NCBI GenBank assembly: GCA_016281915.1
Contig: JAEEJO010000066.1
Span: 54,845 to 118,844, forward strand
DNA length: 64,000 nucleotides
From: Clostridiales bacterium
GTDB lineage: Bacteria > Bacillota > Clostridia > Oscillospirales > UBA644
Reading direction: 5' to 3'
Position numbers and translations under genes: made by a program. Within the stretch, counting starts at the first letter, position 1. Each line of letters begins with the position of its first letter. Below, one piece after another: positions 55,153-63,696 of this stretch. Below the pieces are notes generated by a model. It searched no databases. It worked only from the letters and a program-made list of their open reading frames with translations, and had not been told where the DNA came from.

Positions 55153-57150
55153 ATGCAAAACAACATACTTGCTGCGCTGAAAGCGTTGGACGTATCCGAG
55201 CTTTCACGCGCAGAGTGGATATCCGTCGGTATGGCGTTAAAAGAGGAAGGTTTTCCCTGCTCCGTATGGGACGACTGGTCTGCGCATGACTCAAGATACC
55301 ATCGCGGCGAGTGCGAATACCTCTGGAAAGGGTTTAAGGGAAATCCCAGGCCTGTTACCGGCGGCACGATAGTTCAGATGGCAAAGGAAAAAGGCTGGAC
55401 GGTCTTTAACGACGACGGCTGCCTTGCCTGGGACGATACTATTGAGTTTGACGGTGTAGAGGATGAGTTTTCGGGATTTACTGACCCTGACGCATGGGAT
55501 CCCGTAAAAGATATATCTACATACATCGAAGTTTTGTTTGAGCCCGGCGATAAAGTCGGCTACGTCACAAACGACGTATGGCAGGACGCCGAAGGCAGAT
55601 GGGTACCGAGCAAAGGCGTCTATGACCGTACTGCCGCGGAGCTTTTAGAATCTCTGAAAAAACATCCCGACGACATAGGAGCGACGTTCGGAGACTGGAA
55701 ACGCGACGTTGGCGCATGGATTCGCTTCAACCCTGTTGACGGCAACGGTGTAAAGAACGAAAACATTACACGCTTTAAATACGCGCTTGTGGAGTCGGAT
55801 ACTTTACCTGTGCCCGAGCAGGACATTCTTTACCGTAAGCTTGAACTGCCCATAGCGGCGCTCGTTCATAGCGGAGGGAAAAGTCTTCACGCGATAGTAA
55901 GGGTCGACGCGAAAGGCTATGACGAATACAGAAAACGCGTAGACTTCCTTTATGACTATATTGAGAAAAACGGTATCTCCATTGACCGTCAGAACAGAAA
56001 CCCGTCCCGTCTGTCACGCATGCCGGGCGTTACGAGAAACGGTTGCAGACAGTATCTTGCGGGCGTTAATCTGGGTAGAAAGTCATGGGTCGACTGGCTC
56101 GACTTTGTCGAAGGCGCGTCAGACGAGCTGCCGGAGATGGAGAGCTTGTCTCAGTACAGAGACAACGCCCCCGCCCTTCCAGAAGAACTGATAGAAGGCG
56201 TGCTTCGCAGAGGGCATAAGATGCTCATTTCAGGCTCGTCAAAGGCGGGAAAGTCGTTTCTTCTTATGGAGCTTTGCATCGCCATCGCGGAAGGGATACA
56301 GTGGCTCGGTTTCAAGTGCCGTAAAGGCAAAGTGCTTTATGTCAATCTTGAGATAGACCCTGCGAGCGCGATCAACAGGTTTCTTAAGATATATGACGCG
56401 CTGGGGATACAAAAGAGAGGAATGGACAACATTGTAGTGTGGAATCTTCGCGGACACGCGGTCCCGCTCGATATGCTCGTTCCTAAGCTTTTACGCAGAG
56501 TGCGCGATCAGAGCTTTGACGCGATAGTGATCGACCCGATATACAAAGTCATAACGGGAGACGAGAACAACGCGTCGGAGATGGGAGCTTTTTGCAACCA
56601 GTTCGACAGGATCTGCTCCGCGACTGGTTGCGCGACGATATACTGCCATCACCACAGCAAAGGAGCTCAGGGCATGAAGAAGGCGATGGACAGAGCGTCC
56701 GGCTCAGGCGTATTTTCCAGAGACCCCGACGCGCAACTGGATATGATACAGCTTGAGCTTTCAGAGACAGTAAAGAACACTGTCCGGGATGGAAACGCCA
56801 CGGCGTGGAGACTGGAGTCATCGCTTCGTGAGTTTCCGAACATCAGGCCCGTCAACTTCTGGTTTGAGTATCCTGTCCACAGAGTAGACACATCAGGGGA
56901 ACTGAAAACAGCGTACGCCGAAGGCAGCCCGATGGCAAATCTGGTCAAAAGCAGCAAATATACGACGCCGGAGGAGCGCAAAATCTCCATAGACACCGCG
57001 TATGATGCCAATTACATGGGCGAGCCCGTTACAATAAAGGATATTGCCGAGTATCTTGGCGTAACGGAACGCTGCGTAAGGGACAGGCTGAAGGAGTTGG
57101 CCGATGAATACTGGACGCACGGCGGCGCAGTTTTAAGGAAAAAGGGATGA
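55153..57150 (+). CDS. Phage primase-helicase (PriCT-2 N-terminus, AEP prim-pol-like core, AAA_25/RepA-like ATPase)
   Basis: 665-aa ORF with SD AAAGGAGA. WISVGMALKEEGFPCSVWDDWS (PriCT-like), HSGGKSLHAIV (AEP-like), Walker A ISGSSKAGKSF. Confidence 0.8.
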   Translation: MQNNILAALKALDVSELSRAEWISVGMALKEEGFPCSVWDDWSAHDSRYHRGECEYLWKGFKGNPRPVTGGTIVQMAKEKGWTVFNDDGCLAWDDTIEFDGVEDEFSGFTDPDAWDPVKDISTYIEVLFEPGDKVGYVTNDVWQDAEGRWVPSKGVYDRTAAELLESLKKHPDDIGATFGDWKRDVGAWIRFNPVDGNGVKNENITRFKYALVESDTLPVPEQDILYRKLELPIAALVHSGGKSLHAIVRVDAKGYDEYRKRVDFLYDYIEKNGISIDRQNRNPSRLSRMPGVTRNGCRQYLAGVNLGRKSWVDWLDFVEGASDELPEMESLSQYRDNAPALPEELIEGVLRRGHKMLISGSSKAGKSFLLMELCIAIAEGIQWLGFKCRKGKVLYVNLEIDPASAINRFLKIYDALGIQKRGMDNIVVWNLRGHAVPLDMLVPKLLRRVRDQSFDAIVIDPIYKVITGDENNASEMGAFCNQFDRICSATGCATIYCHHHSKGAQGMKKAMDRASGSGVFSRDPDAQLDMIQLELSETVKNTVRDGNATAWRLESSLREFPNIRPVNFWFEYPVHRVDTSGELKTAYAEGSPMANLVKSSKYTTPEERKISIDTAYDANYMGEPVTIKDIAEYLGVTERCVRDRLKELADEYWTHGGAVLRKKG

Positions 57151-57329
57151 CGGAAAAGCGATGGAAAAGCAACGCTTTTCCCGGAACGAAATTGCGCTAT
57201 ATAAATATAAATAAATTCCGTCACTGTGTTCCGTGTAACGTTCCGAGTACGGGAAGGGCGCGTCAGCCGCCCCTTCCCTACTACGTAACGGAACGTGGCG
57301 GTTTTACCGAAGATCGAGAGGAGAAAAAT

Positions 57330-57734
57330 ATGAAATTCTTTTTAGACATGATTCCACCGACAGCGACCGCTCAGGAGAAGCAGGTACGCATAGTATGTGG
57401 AAGACCCGTATTCTATGATCCGCTTCCCGTTAAGGCGGCAAAGAAAGCTTTGACGGCAGCGCTGATCCAGCACCGGCCCGAAAGACCGTTTTCAGGTCCC
57501 GTCTCACTGTCGACCATCTGGCTGTTTCCCAAAGGAAAGAGCCACAGGCACGGCGAATGGAGGGCTACAAGACCGGACACGGACAATCTGCAGAAGCTTT
57601 TGAAAGACTGCATGACGCGCTGCGGATTCTGGTACGACGACGCGCTTGTCGTTTGCGAGTCTGTGGAAAAGAAATGGTCTGACGTTCCTACAGGGATATA
57701 TATCGAGATAACGCCTTTGGAGGTGGTCAAATGA
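57330..57734 (+). CDS. rusA: RusA-family Holliday junction resolvase
   Basis: ATG 57330 has GAGAGGAGA upstream. ...TRPDTDNLQKLLKDCMTRCGFWYDDALV... is the RusA catalytic Asp motif. Confidence 0.85.
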   Translation: MKFFLDMIPPTATAQEKQVRIVCGRPVFYDPLPVKAAKKALTAALIQHRPERPFSGPVSLSTIWLFPKGKSHRHGEWRATRPDTDNLQKLLKDCMTRCGFWYDDALVVCESVEKKWSDVPTGIYIEITPLEVVK

Positions 57735-57997
57735 GCGGTTACAAAAACGGCGAAGGATATTCTGATCCCACCGCGGGCGCCGCACTGGCAAGGATCCGCA
57801 AGCAGGAAAGGAACAGACGGAGAAAAGAGATCCGCAGGCATCTTTATCTTCTTAAACAATTGGCCGGAGGTGAAAACAATGGATCTGTGGAAAGAACTGG
57901 CGAACGCGGTAATTGTTCAGGCGGCGAAGGACTACCGCAGTGCGAGAGCGGAACTTCGACGAAGGCCGAGAAGCCAAGGGGCGAAGGCGATGATTAA
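57731..57997 (+). CDS. Hypothetical small phage protein (3' end uncertain)
   Basis: ATGA overlap with the rusA stop. The N-terminus MSGYKNGEGYSDPTAGAALARI is plausible. The distal 119 nt overlap the next, better-supported gene. Confidence 0.35.
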   Translation: MSGYKNGEGYSDPTAGAALARIRKQERNRRRKEIRRHLYLLKQLAGGENNGSVERTGERGNCSGGEGLPQCESGTSTKAEKPRGEGDD

Positions 57998-58094
57998 AGA
58001 CTGCGAGTCGTTCTTTCTATCCAAACGGTTCTGTTTGTTTACAGAGCTTAACGGAGCAGATATATTACGACGATTAGAGGAGGAGTCAAGATGA
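57879..58094 (+). CDS. Hypothetical small phage protein
   Basis: ATG 57879 has GGAGGTG 7 nt upstream. 71 aa. Confidence 0.55.
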   Translation: MDLWKELANAVIVQAAKDYRSARAELRRRPRSQGAKAMIKDCESFFLSKRFCLFTELNGADILRRLEEESR

Positions 58095-58507
58095 CGGCGA
58101 AAGAGTTTTTGTCGCAATATAGGCTAATTGATACACGTATCCGGGACAAGCTCGAACAGATACGCTCACTGCGGGAGCTTGCGGAGAAATGCACATCAGC
58201 CGTATCCGCTTCCTCGGGCAAAGTCGCAAACGGGGACTCTGCGATGGAGAAAACTATAATAGCTATGGTCGATATGGAAAAAGAGGTTCAAAAGGAAATG
58301 GATGACCTCGTCAGGCTCAGAAAAGAGATCTCGGACGCTATAAAGACTGTGGAGAACAAAGAATACCGGACGCTGCTGGAGAAACGGTATCTGGAGTTTT
58401 TCACGATGAAAGAAATCGCGGACGATATGTGGTACGACGTGCGTCACATATACAGGATGCACGATGAGGCTCTGAAATTTGTCCTTATCCCCGAATCCTG
58501 TCAATAA
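58091..58507 (+). CDS. ArpU/DUF1492-type phage late transcription regulator (sigma region-4-like)
   Basis: ATGA overlap with the previous gene. 138 aa. YRTLLEKRYLEFFTMKEIADDMWYDVRHIYRMHDEALK is HTH-like. Sits in the typical position before HNH/terS. Confidence 0.6.
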   Translation: MTAKEFLSQYRLIDTRIRDKLEQIRSLRELAEKCTSAVSASSGKVANGDSAMEKTIIAMVDMEKEVQKEMDDLVRLRKEISDAIKTVENKEYRTLLEKRYLEFFTMKEIADDMWYDVRHIYRMHDEALKFVLIPESCQ

Positions 58508-58578
58508 TGTCATTGATACACACTATATATCATGCGGCATTTTGTGGTATGATATAATCAGAGAAGAATAAATAAAAG

Positions 58579-58609
58579 AGTCTCACGAGATTGCTCCCGT
58601 GAGACTTTT
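58579..58609 (+). terminator. Rho-independent terminator directly upstream of the packaging genes
   Basis: agtctcacg / agattgctc / cgtgagact followed by TTTT. Confidence 0.6.
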
Positions 58610-58633
58610 CATATGCTGCGAAAGGAAGGAACC

Positions 58634-58993
58634 ATGCCCAGAAGACCTAGACGTCCGTGCGGAGTCACCGGCTGTCCGAAGCTTGCCGTCGAAGGCGGAA
58701 TGTACTGTAAAGAGCATGCAAGTAAAGTGCAGCGCACATACGACAGATTCAAACGCGCGCCTGATCACGATAAGCGGTACGGAAGGGCGTGGAAAAAGAT
58801 ACGCGCTCAGTATGTGCTGAGGCACCCTCTTTGTGAGATGTGTTTAAAGGAAGGACGTCTGACGCCTGTTGAAGAGGTTCATCATATTCTGCCGGTATCA
58901 CGCGGCGGAGACAACAGCGAGAGCAATCTTATGAGTCTGTGCCAGAGCTGCCATACTAAGATACATCATGAGATCGGGGACAGACAGAGATGA
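58634..58993 (+). CDS. HNH endonuclease
   Basis: ATG 58634 has AAGGAAGG upstream. Contains CxxC...C Zn-binding motifs and HHILPVSRGGDNSESNLMSLCQSCHTKIH. Confidence 0.88.
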   Translation: MPRRPRRPCGVTGCPKLAVEGGMYCKEHASKVQRTYDRFKRAPDHDKRYGRAWKKIRAQYVLRHPLCEMCLKEGRLTPVEEVHHILPVSRGGDNSESNLMSLCQSCHTKIHHEIGDRQR

Positions 58994-59188
58994 TAGCTAG
59001 AAAAAAAATGTCTCCCCTGGGGCACATCGTTGAGAGGTGTGGGGAGTCCTGTTAAGCATATTATACACAAAATATACTCATTTGTCAAGAATGTCTATCC
59101 GTTAAACGCCAAGGGTTCCAAGCATTCATTCTTAAAACCCTCCATTACTGTTGCATTATACCACAAATCCATGCAAATGTCAACTGCG

Positions 59189-59225
59189 TTATACACTTTG
59201 GCACAATTTTATTATACACTTTGGC
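59189..59225 (+). repeat. Direct repeats TTATACACTTTGGC x2 (23-bp period) in the HNH-terS spacer
   Basis: Located at 59189-59202 and 59212-59225. A third TTATACAC lies at 59061-59068. Confidence 0.75.
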
Positions 59226-59409
59226 GGTTTCGTCCTTCAGTTTAGATAATAAAGTGTTTTGTCAACAGTTCAAGTATTTTTTAATTATGCCCCAAGGGGG
59301 CATCAAAATCTCTGTGACTTTAAGTCCGAGCACCGAGCGCGGGGTCACACGCGCGAAAAAAGCGATTTCAGGCGGGTAATTAAGGCATCGATTTTCAGGA
59401 GGTGATAAC

Positions 59410-59958
59410 ATGCCTACGAAATCAAACAATACAGGCGGGCGCGGAGGCGCAAGGCCGGGAGCGGGAAGGAAGAAGACTGCAATAGCTGACAAAATAATAA
59501 GCGGAAACCCGGGTAACAGAAAGATCACGGTCCTCGATATTCCCGAAATAGAGGGCGTCGATATGCCTAAGCCTCATGATTTTCTCTCTGCAGAACAAAG
59601 GGACGGAAGTTTGCTGCAGGCGGAAGAGATTTACCGGGAAACATGGGACTGGCTGAAAAAGATCGGGTGCGCGGCTAAGATCTCGCCACAGCTTCTGGAA
59701 AGATACGCGATGTGTTCCGCTCGATGGATACAGTGCGAAGAGATGACGAGCAGAATGGGTTTTCTGTCCAAACATCCGACAACGCAAAAGCCGATACCCT
59801 CCCCTTTTATCAATATAGGAATCAATTACATGAACCAGGCAGTAAGGCTCTGGAATGAGATATTCCAGACAGTAAAGGAAAACTGCTCCGTCGAATACGG
59901 CGGTTCAAATCCCCAGGACGACGTTATGGAGCGTCTTCTTCGGGCAAGGAAAGGATAA
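59410..59958 (+). CDS. Phage terminase small subunit, P27 family
   Basis: 182-aa ORF with SD AGGAGGTG. GGRGGARPGAGRKKTAIADKIISGNPGNRKI resembles the P27-family N-terminus. Confidence 0.8.
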   Translation: MPTKSNNTGGRGGARPGAGRKKTAIADKIISGNPGNRKITVLDIPEIEGVDMPKPHDFLSAEQRDGSLLQAEEIYRETWDWLKKIGCAAKISPQLLERYAMCSARWIQCEEMTSRMGFLSKHPTTQKPIPSPFINIGINYMNQAVRLWNEIFQTVKENCSVEYGGSNPQDDVMERLLRARKG

Positions 59959-59962
59959 ATAT

Positions 59963-60748
59963 ATGTTTGAAAAAGTAAATCCATCACACCCGGACAAGAT
60001 CGCAGACCGCATTGCCGGCGCGATCGTAGATCTGGCATACAGAAAAGAAAGAGATCCGAAGATCGCTGTGGAGATCGTTATCGGTCACGGCATTTGTCAT
60101 ATCATAGCGGAATCATCGGTATATATCGATTATGACGAAGTTTCTGAAATCGTAAAACGCATAGCTGGAAGGCTGTCTCTTGATTTCACGTCAGTCTCTC
60201 AGGACAGACAACTTTCGGACAATCAGGCTTCCGGGATACGCTGCGGAGACAACGGTATATTCAAAGGCGTCCCCGTTACAGAGGAGCAGAAAAAGCTGAC
60301 GGCTATAGCTAAAGACATTTACTCCAAATATCCCTTTGACGGTAAATATATCCTTTCCGGAAGAAAGCTCATTATCTGCCAGAGCAATGCGGACAGAGAA
60401 TCACTGAAAGAAACATATCCTTCCGCGGAGATAAACCCAATCGGCTACTGGACCGGTGGCACGGACGTCGATACCGGCGCCGTCAACCGTAAGCTCGGCT
60501 CCGACATGGGCGACTCCGTCACAGGTGGAGGGCTTCACGGCAAAGATCTGTCGAAAGCTGACGTCAGCGTTAATATCTACGCATGGCTGAAAGCCCAGGA
60601 GACAGGCTCACCCGTGGAGCTTGTTTGCGCCATCGGAGACGATACCTTGGACGGAAGACCGTATTCGGAGATCGTGTCGATCGCGAAAGCATATATTGAC
60701 GGCATAGGCGGATTTGAGAAGTTCGCGGAATGGGGGCTTATAATATGA
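59963..60748 (+). CDS. Miniaturised S-adenosylmethionine synthetase (MetK) homologue
   Basis: 261 aa. Collinear MetK motifs: SHPDKIADRI (GHPDK), RCGDNG (GAGDQG), INPIGYWTGGTDVDTGAVNRK (INPTGRF..GGP.GD.GLTGRK), TGGGLHGKDLSKADVS (GGGAFSGKDPSKVDRS). Confidence 0.7.
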   Translation: MFEKVNPSHPDKIADRIAGAIVDLAYRKERDPKIAVEIVIGHGICHIIAESSVYIDYDEVSEIVKRIAGRLSLDFTSVSQDRQLSDNQASGIRCGDNGIFKGVPVTEEQKKLTAIAKDIYSKYPFDGKYILSGRKLIICQSNADRESLKETYPSAEINPIGYWTGGTDVDTGAVNRKLGSDMGDSVTGGGLHGKDLSKADVSVNIYAWLKAQETGSPVELVCAIGDDTLDGRPYSEIVSIAKAYIDGIGGFEKFAEWGLII

Positions 60749-62001
60749 AGACGACTACGGAAATGAAACTCGTCCCTATAGGCAAGCTTGTACCATATGC
60801 AAATAACGCAAGAACGCACTCTCCGGAACAGATCCTGAAGCTGCGGTCTTCTCTGCGTGAGTTCGGTTTTGTAAACCCCGTTATCATCGACCGAGACTAC
60901 GGCGTTATTGCCGGACACGGACGTATACTCGCCGCGAAAGAGGAAGGCATAACCGAAGTACCGTGCGTCTTTGCCGACCATCTCACCGAAGCGCAGAAGA
61001 AAGCGTATATCATCGCAGACAACCGTATGGCGATGGACGCAGGATGGGACGAAGAAATGCTGCGCGTGGAAATCGAAGCTCTGCAATCGGCGGATTTTGA
61101 TCCGCTTCTTACAGGCTTTGACGAAACTGAACTCGCCGACCTGTTTTCGAACGGCAGCGATAAAGATGTAAAGGATGACGGCTTCGACCTCACTGCTGCA
61201 TTGGAGAAGGCTTCCTTTGTGGAGCGCGGCGATGTGTGGACTGTCGGAAAGCACCGTCTCGTCTGCGGCGACGCGACGAACGCGGAGGATGTTGCTCGGC
61301 TCATGAACGGCAAAAGGGCGAACCTGCTTCTTACCGATCCTCCCTACGGAGTCTCATTCAAAAGTTCGGATGGGCTGACCATTCAGAATGACAGTCTCAA
61401 GAACGAGGAATTCTACGCGTTTCTGCTTTCGGCATTCAAAGCTGCGGTGGAACATATGGAGAAAGGCGGTTCGGCGTATGTGTTCCATGCCGACACCGAA
61501 GGGCTGAACTTCCGCAGGGCATTTATCGACGCCGGGTTCCATCTCGCTGGGTGCTGCATCTGGGTGAAGGACTCGCTCGTTCTCGGACGCTCTGATTATC
61601 AGTGGCAGCACGAACCGGTGCTGTACGGATTTCTTCAGAACGGAAAGCATCCCTGGTACTCCGACCGCAAGCAGACGACGGTATGGCAGTTCGCAAAGCC
61701 TAAACGCAATGAAAACCATCCGACATCGAAGCCGCTCGACCTGCTTGGCTATCCCATAGGCAACTCCACCCAGGAAAACGCCGTCATACTGGATACCTTC
61801 GGCGGCAGCGGCTCAACGATGATGGCATGTGAGCAGATGAATCGTGTCTGCCATATGATGGAACTCGATGAAAAATACGCATCCGTTATCCTTCGCAGGG
61901 CCGTCGAGAACGGCATCGCCCCGGAGGATATTTTTGTGGAGCGAGGCGGAGAGAAAATCCCCTACTCTGACCTAGTTAAGGATGTCGCCACCGATGAATG
62001 A
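60745..62001 (+). CDS. ParB-like N-terminal domain fused to an N6-adenine/N4-cytosine DNA methyltransferase
   Basis: ATG 60745 forms an ATGA overlap with the upstream stop. ParB/Srx box: PVIIDRDYGVIAGHGRILAA. Methylase motifs: LLLTDPPYG and DTFGGSGST. Confidence 0.88.
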   Translation: MKTTTEMKLVPIGKLVPYANNARTHSPEQILKLRSSLREFGFVNPVIIDRDYGVIAGHGRILAAKEEGITEVPCVFADHLTEAQKKAYIIADNRMAMDAGWDEEMLRVEIEALQSADFDPLLTGFDETELADLFSNGSDKDVKDDGFDLTAALEKASFVERGDVWTVGKHRLVCGDATNAEDVARLMNGKRANLLLTDPPYGVSFKSSDGLTIQNDSLKNEEFYAFLLSAFKAAVEHMEKGGSAYVFHADTEGLNFRRAFIDAGFHLAGCCIWVKDSLVLGRSDYQWQHEPVLYGFLQNGKHPWYSDRKQTTVWQFAKPKRNENHPTSKPLDLLGYPIGNSTQENAVILDTFGGSGSTMMACEQMNRVCHMMELDEKYASVILRRAVENGIAPEDIFVERGGEKIPYSDLVKDVATDE

Positions 62002-62109
62002 ACAACAAGCGCTCAGAGCCTGTTTCCATGTTAGATCCAACCCGTAATATACACAAAAAATCCCTGTAAATACAGATAAAGATTGTGATGTATTTCATGC
62101 AAAAATGAC

Positions 62110-62138
62110 TTGATATTTATCTCTTTCAGAGGTAATAT
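62110..62138 (+). promoter_or_regulatory. Possible promoter of amidoligase operon
   Basis: TTGATA, 17 nt, TAATAT. Confidence 0.4.
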
Positions 62139-62187
62139 GTGACTGCCGAAAGGGAGAAATCATATACTTTTCAAGGAGACTGAGACG

Positions 62188-63138
62188 ATGAACGCAAGGA
62201 CAGAAAAACAGGTCGAAAGCATGAAGAATCAAACAATTGGTGTCGAAGTTGAGATGAACAATATACGCAGAGAGGACGCTGCAAGAATCGCGGCCGAATA
62301 CTTCGGAACGGGCAGATATGAAAACACGGCGGAGCGCAACGGCTACTGTGCATGGTCAGCATGGGACAGAGATGGCCGCGAGTGGAAATTCCAGAGAGAC
62401 GCTTCCATCAGCGGCCCGGACGCAGAGAAATGCGAGCTTGTAACTCCAATTCTTCACTACGCCGATATAGAGACATTGCAGGAGCTTTGCAGAAGGCTCA
62501 GGCACGCGGGAGCAAAGAGCGATGCGGGACGAGGATGCGGGGTACACATACATATAGGCGCGAACGGACATACGCCGCAAACATTACGAAATCTTGCGAA
62601 CATTATGGCAAGCCACGAAAGTATGATCGCGGAAGCCCTGAAACTTGACCGACGCAGAGTAGACAGATATTGCCGCATGGTGGAGCCAAACTTCCTTAGA
62701 GCGGTCAACCGCAGAAAGCCAAAGACCATGAGTCAGCTCGCGGACATCTGGTATACGACGCAAGGGGCAAGCTACGGAAGGACTCAGCACTATAACGACA
62801 GCCGATACCACATGCTCAACTACCACGCGACATTCACCAAAGGCACGATAGAGTTCCGGCTTTTCCAGTTCGATGAGCCTACAGCGGAGCGCAGTGGTGG
62901 CATACACGCCGGACAGCTGAAGAGTTACATTCAGCTTTGCCTCGCGCTCAGTCAGATGGCAAAGAATGTAAAAACTGCAAGTTCTAAACCTCAGCAGACC
63001 GAAAATCCCAAATTCGCGATGAGGACATGGCTCATTCGCATGGGATTTATAGGCGAAGAGTTCTCAACAGCAAGAGATTTTCTTACCCGCAATCTTTCCG
63101 GGGATACGGCATTCAGACACGGCAGACCCACCGCATAA
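62188..63138 (+). CDS. Amidoligase_2 (glutamine-synthetase-like) family protein
   Basis: 316-aa ORF with SD AAGGAGA. IGVEVEMNNI...WKFQRDASI...CELVTPIL...GCGVHIHIGA is the pattern of the PF12224-type putative amidoligases. Confidence 0.75.
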   Translation: MNARTEKQVESMKNQTIGVEVEMNNIRREDAARIAAEYFGTGRYENTAERNGYCAWSAWDRDGREWKFQRDASISGPDAEKCELVTPILHYADIETLQELCRRLRHAGAKSDAGRGCGVHIHIGANGHTPQTLRNLANIMASHESMIAEALKLDRRRVDRYCRMVEPNFLRAVNRRKPKTMSQLADIWYTTQGASYGRTQHYNDSRYHMLNYHATFTKGTIEFRLFQFDEPTAERSGGIHAGQLKSYIQLCLALSQMAKNVKTASSKPQQTENPKFAMRTWLIRMGFIGEEFSTARDFLTRNLSGDTAFRHGRPTA

Positions 63139-63222
63139 CAGAAAGGAACGCCCTACCCTGACCCGCTTCGGCGGGCTTAAGGCGGTAGAAGAACGTACTC
63201 TTCGGAAAGGATGAAAGCAAAT

Positions 63223-63696
63223 ATGGCAAAAAGATACTACATCGCCTACGGAAGCAACCTCAACGTTCCACAGATGCGCATGCGCTGTCCGCACGCTTCG
63301 ATACTGGGCACAGCGAACATGAAAGGCTGGGAACTACTTTTCAAGGGAAGCAGAACAGGCTACTATCTTACTATCGAAAAGAGTGAAGGTGGTACCGTAC
63401 CCGTGGTCGTATGGGAAGTGACGGAAGAGGATGAGAAGGCTCTTGACCGCTACGAAGGGTTTCCGACATTCTACTACAAAAAAGAGTTCAAGCTCAAGTA
63501 CAAAGGTATACGAACAGGACGGATCAGGTCAGTAACAGCATTCGCATACATAATGCATGAAGACTGTCCTGTCGGTATTCCGAGCAGTATGTATATGCGG
63601 ACCTGCCTTGACGGTTACGATACGTTTTCCTTCAACCGTAAGATCCTGCTCGACGCGTATATAAAATGCAGGGAGGCGTGTAAACATGAAGGATAA
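63223..63696 (+). CDS. Gamma-glutamylcyclotransferase (GGCT/AIG2-like)
   Basis: The ORF begins at 63211. ATG 63223 gives MAKRYYIAYGSNLN (YGSNL motif), and LDRYEG carries the catalytic Glu region. Confidence 0.8.
   Translation: MAKRYYIAYGSNLNVPQMRMRCPHASILGTANMKGWELLFKGSRTGYYLTIEKSEGGTVPVVVWEVTEEDEKALDRYEGFPTFYYKKEFKLKYKGIRTGRIRSVTAFAYIMHEDCPVGIPSSMYMRTCLDGYDTFSFNRKILLDAYIKCREACKHEG

Noticed and set aside
60577-61313. Minus-strand ORFs of 225 aa and 138 aa
   Set aside because: They are antisense to the ParB-methyltransferase gene, which has clear motifs. They have no SD, and their Ser/Arg-rich translations are typical of the reverse frames of GC-rich coding DNA.
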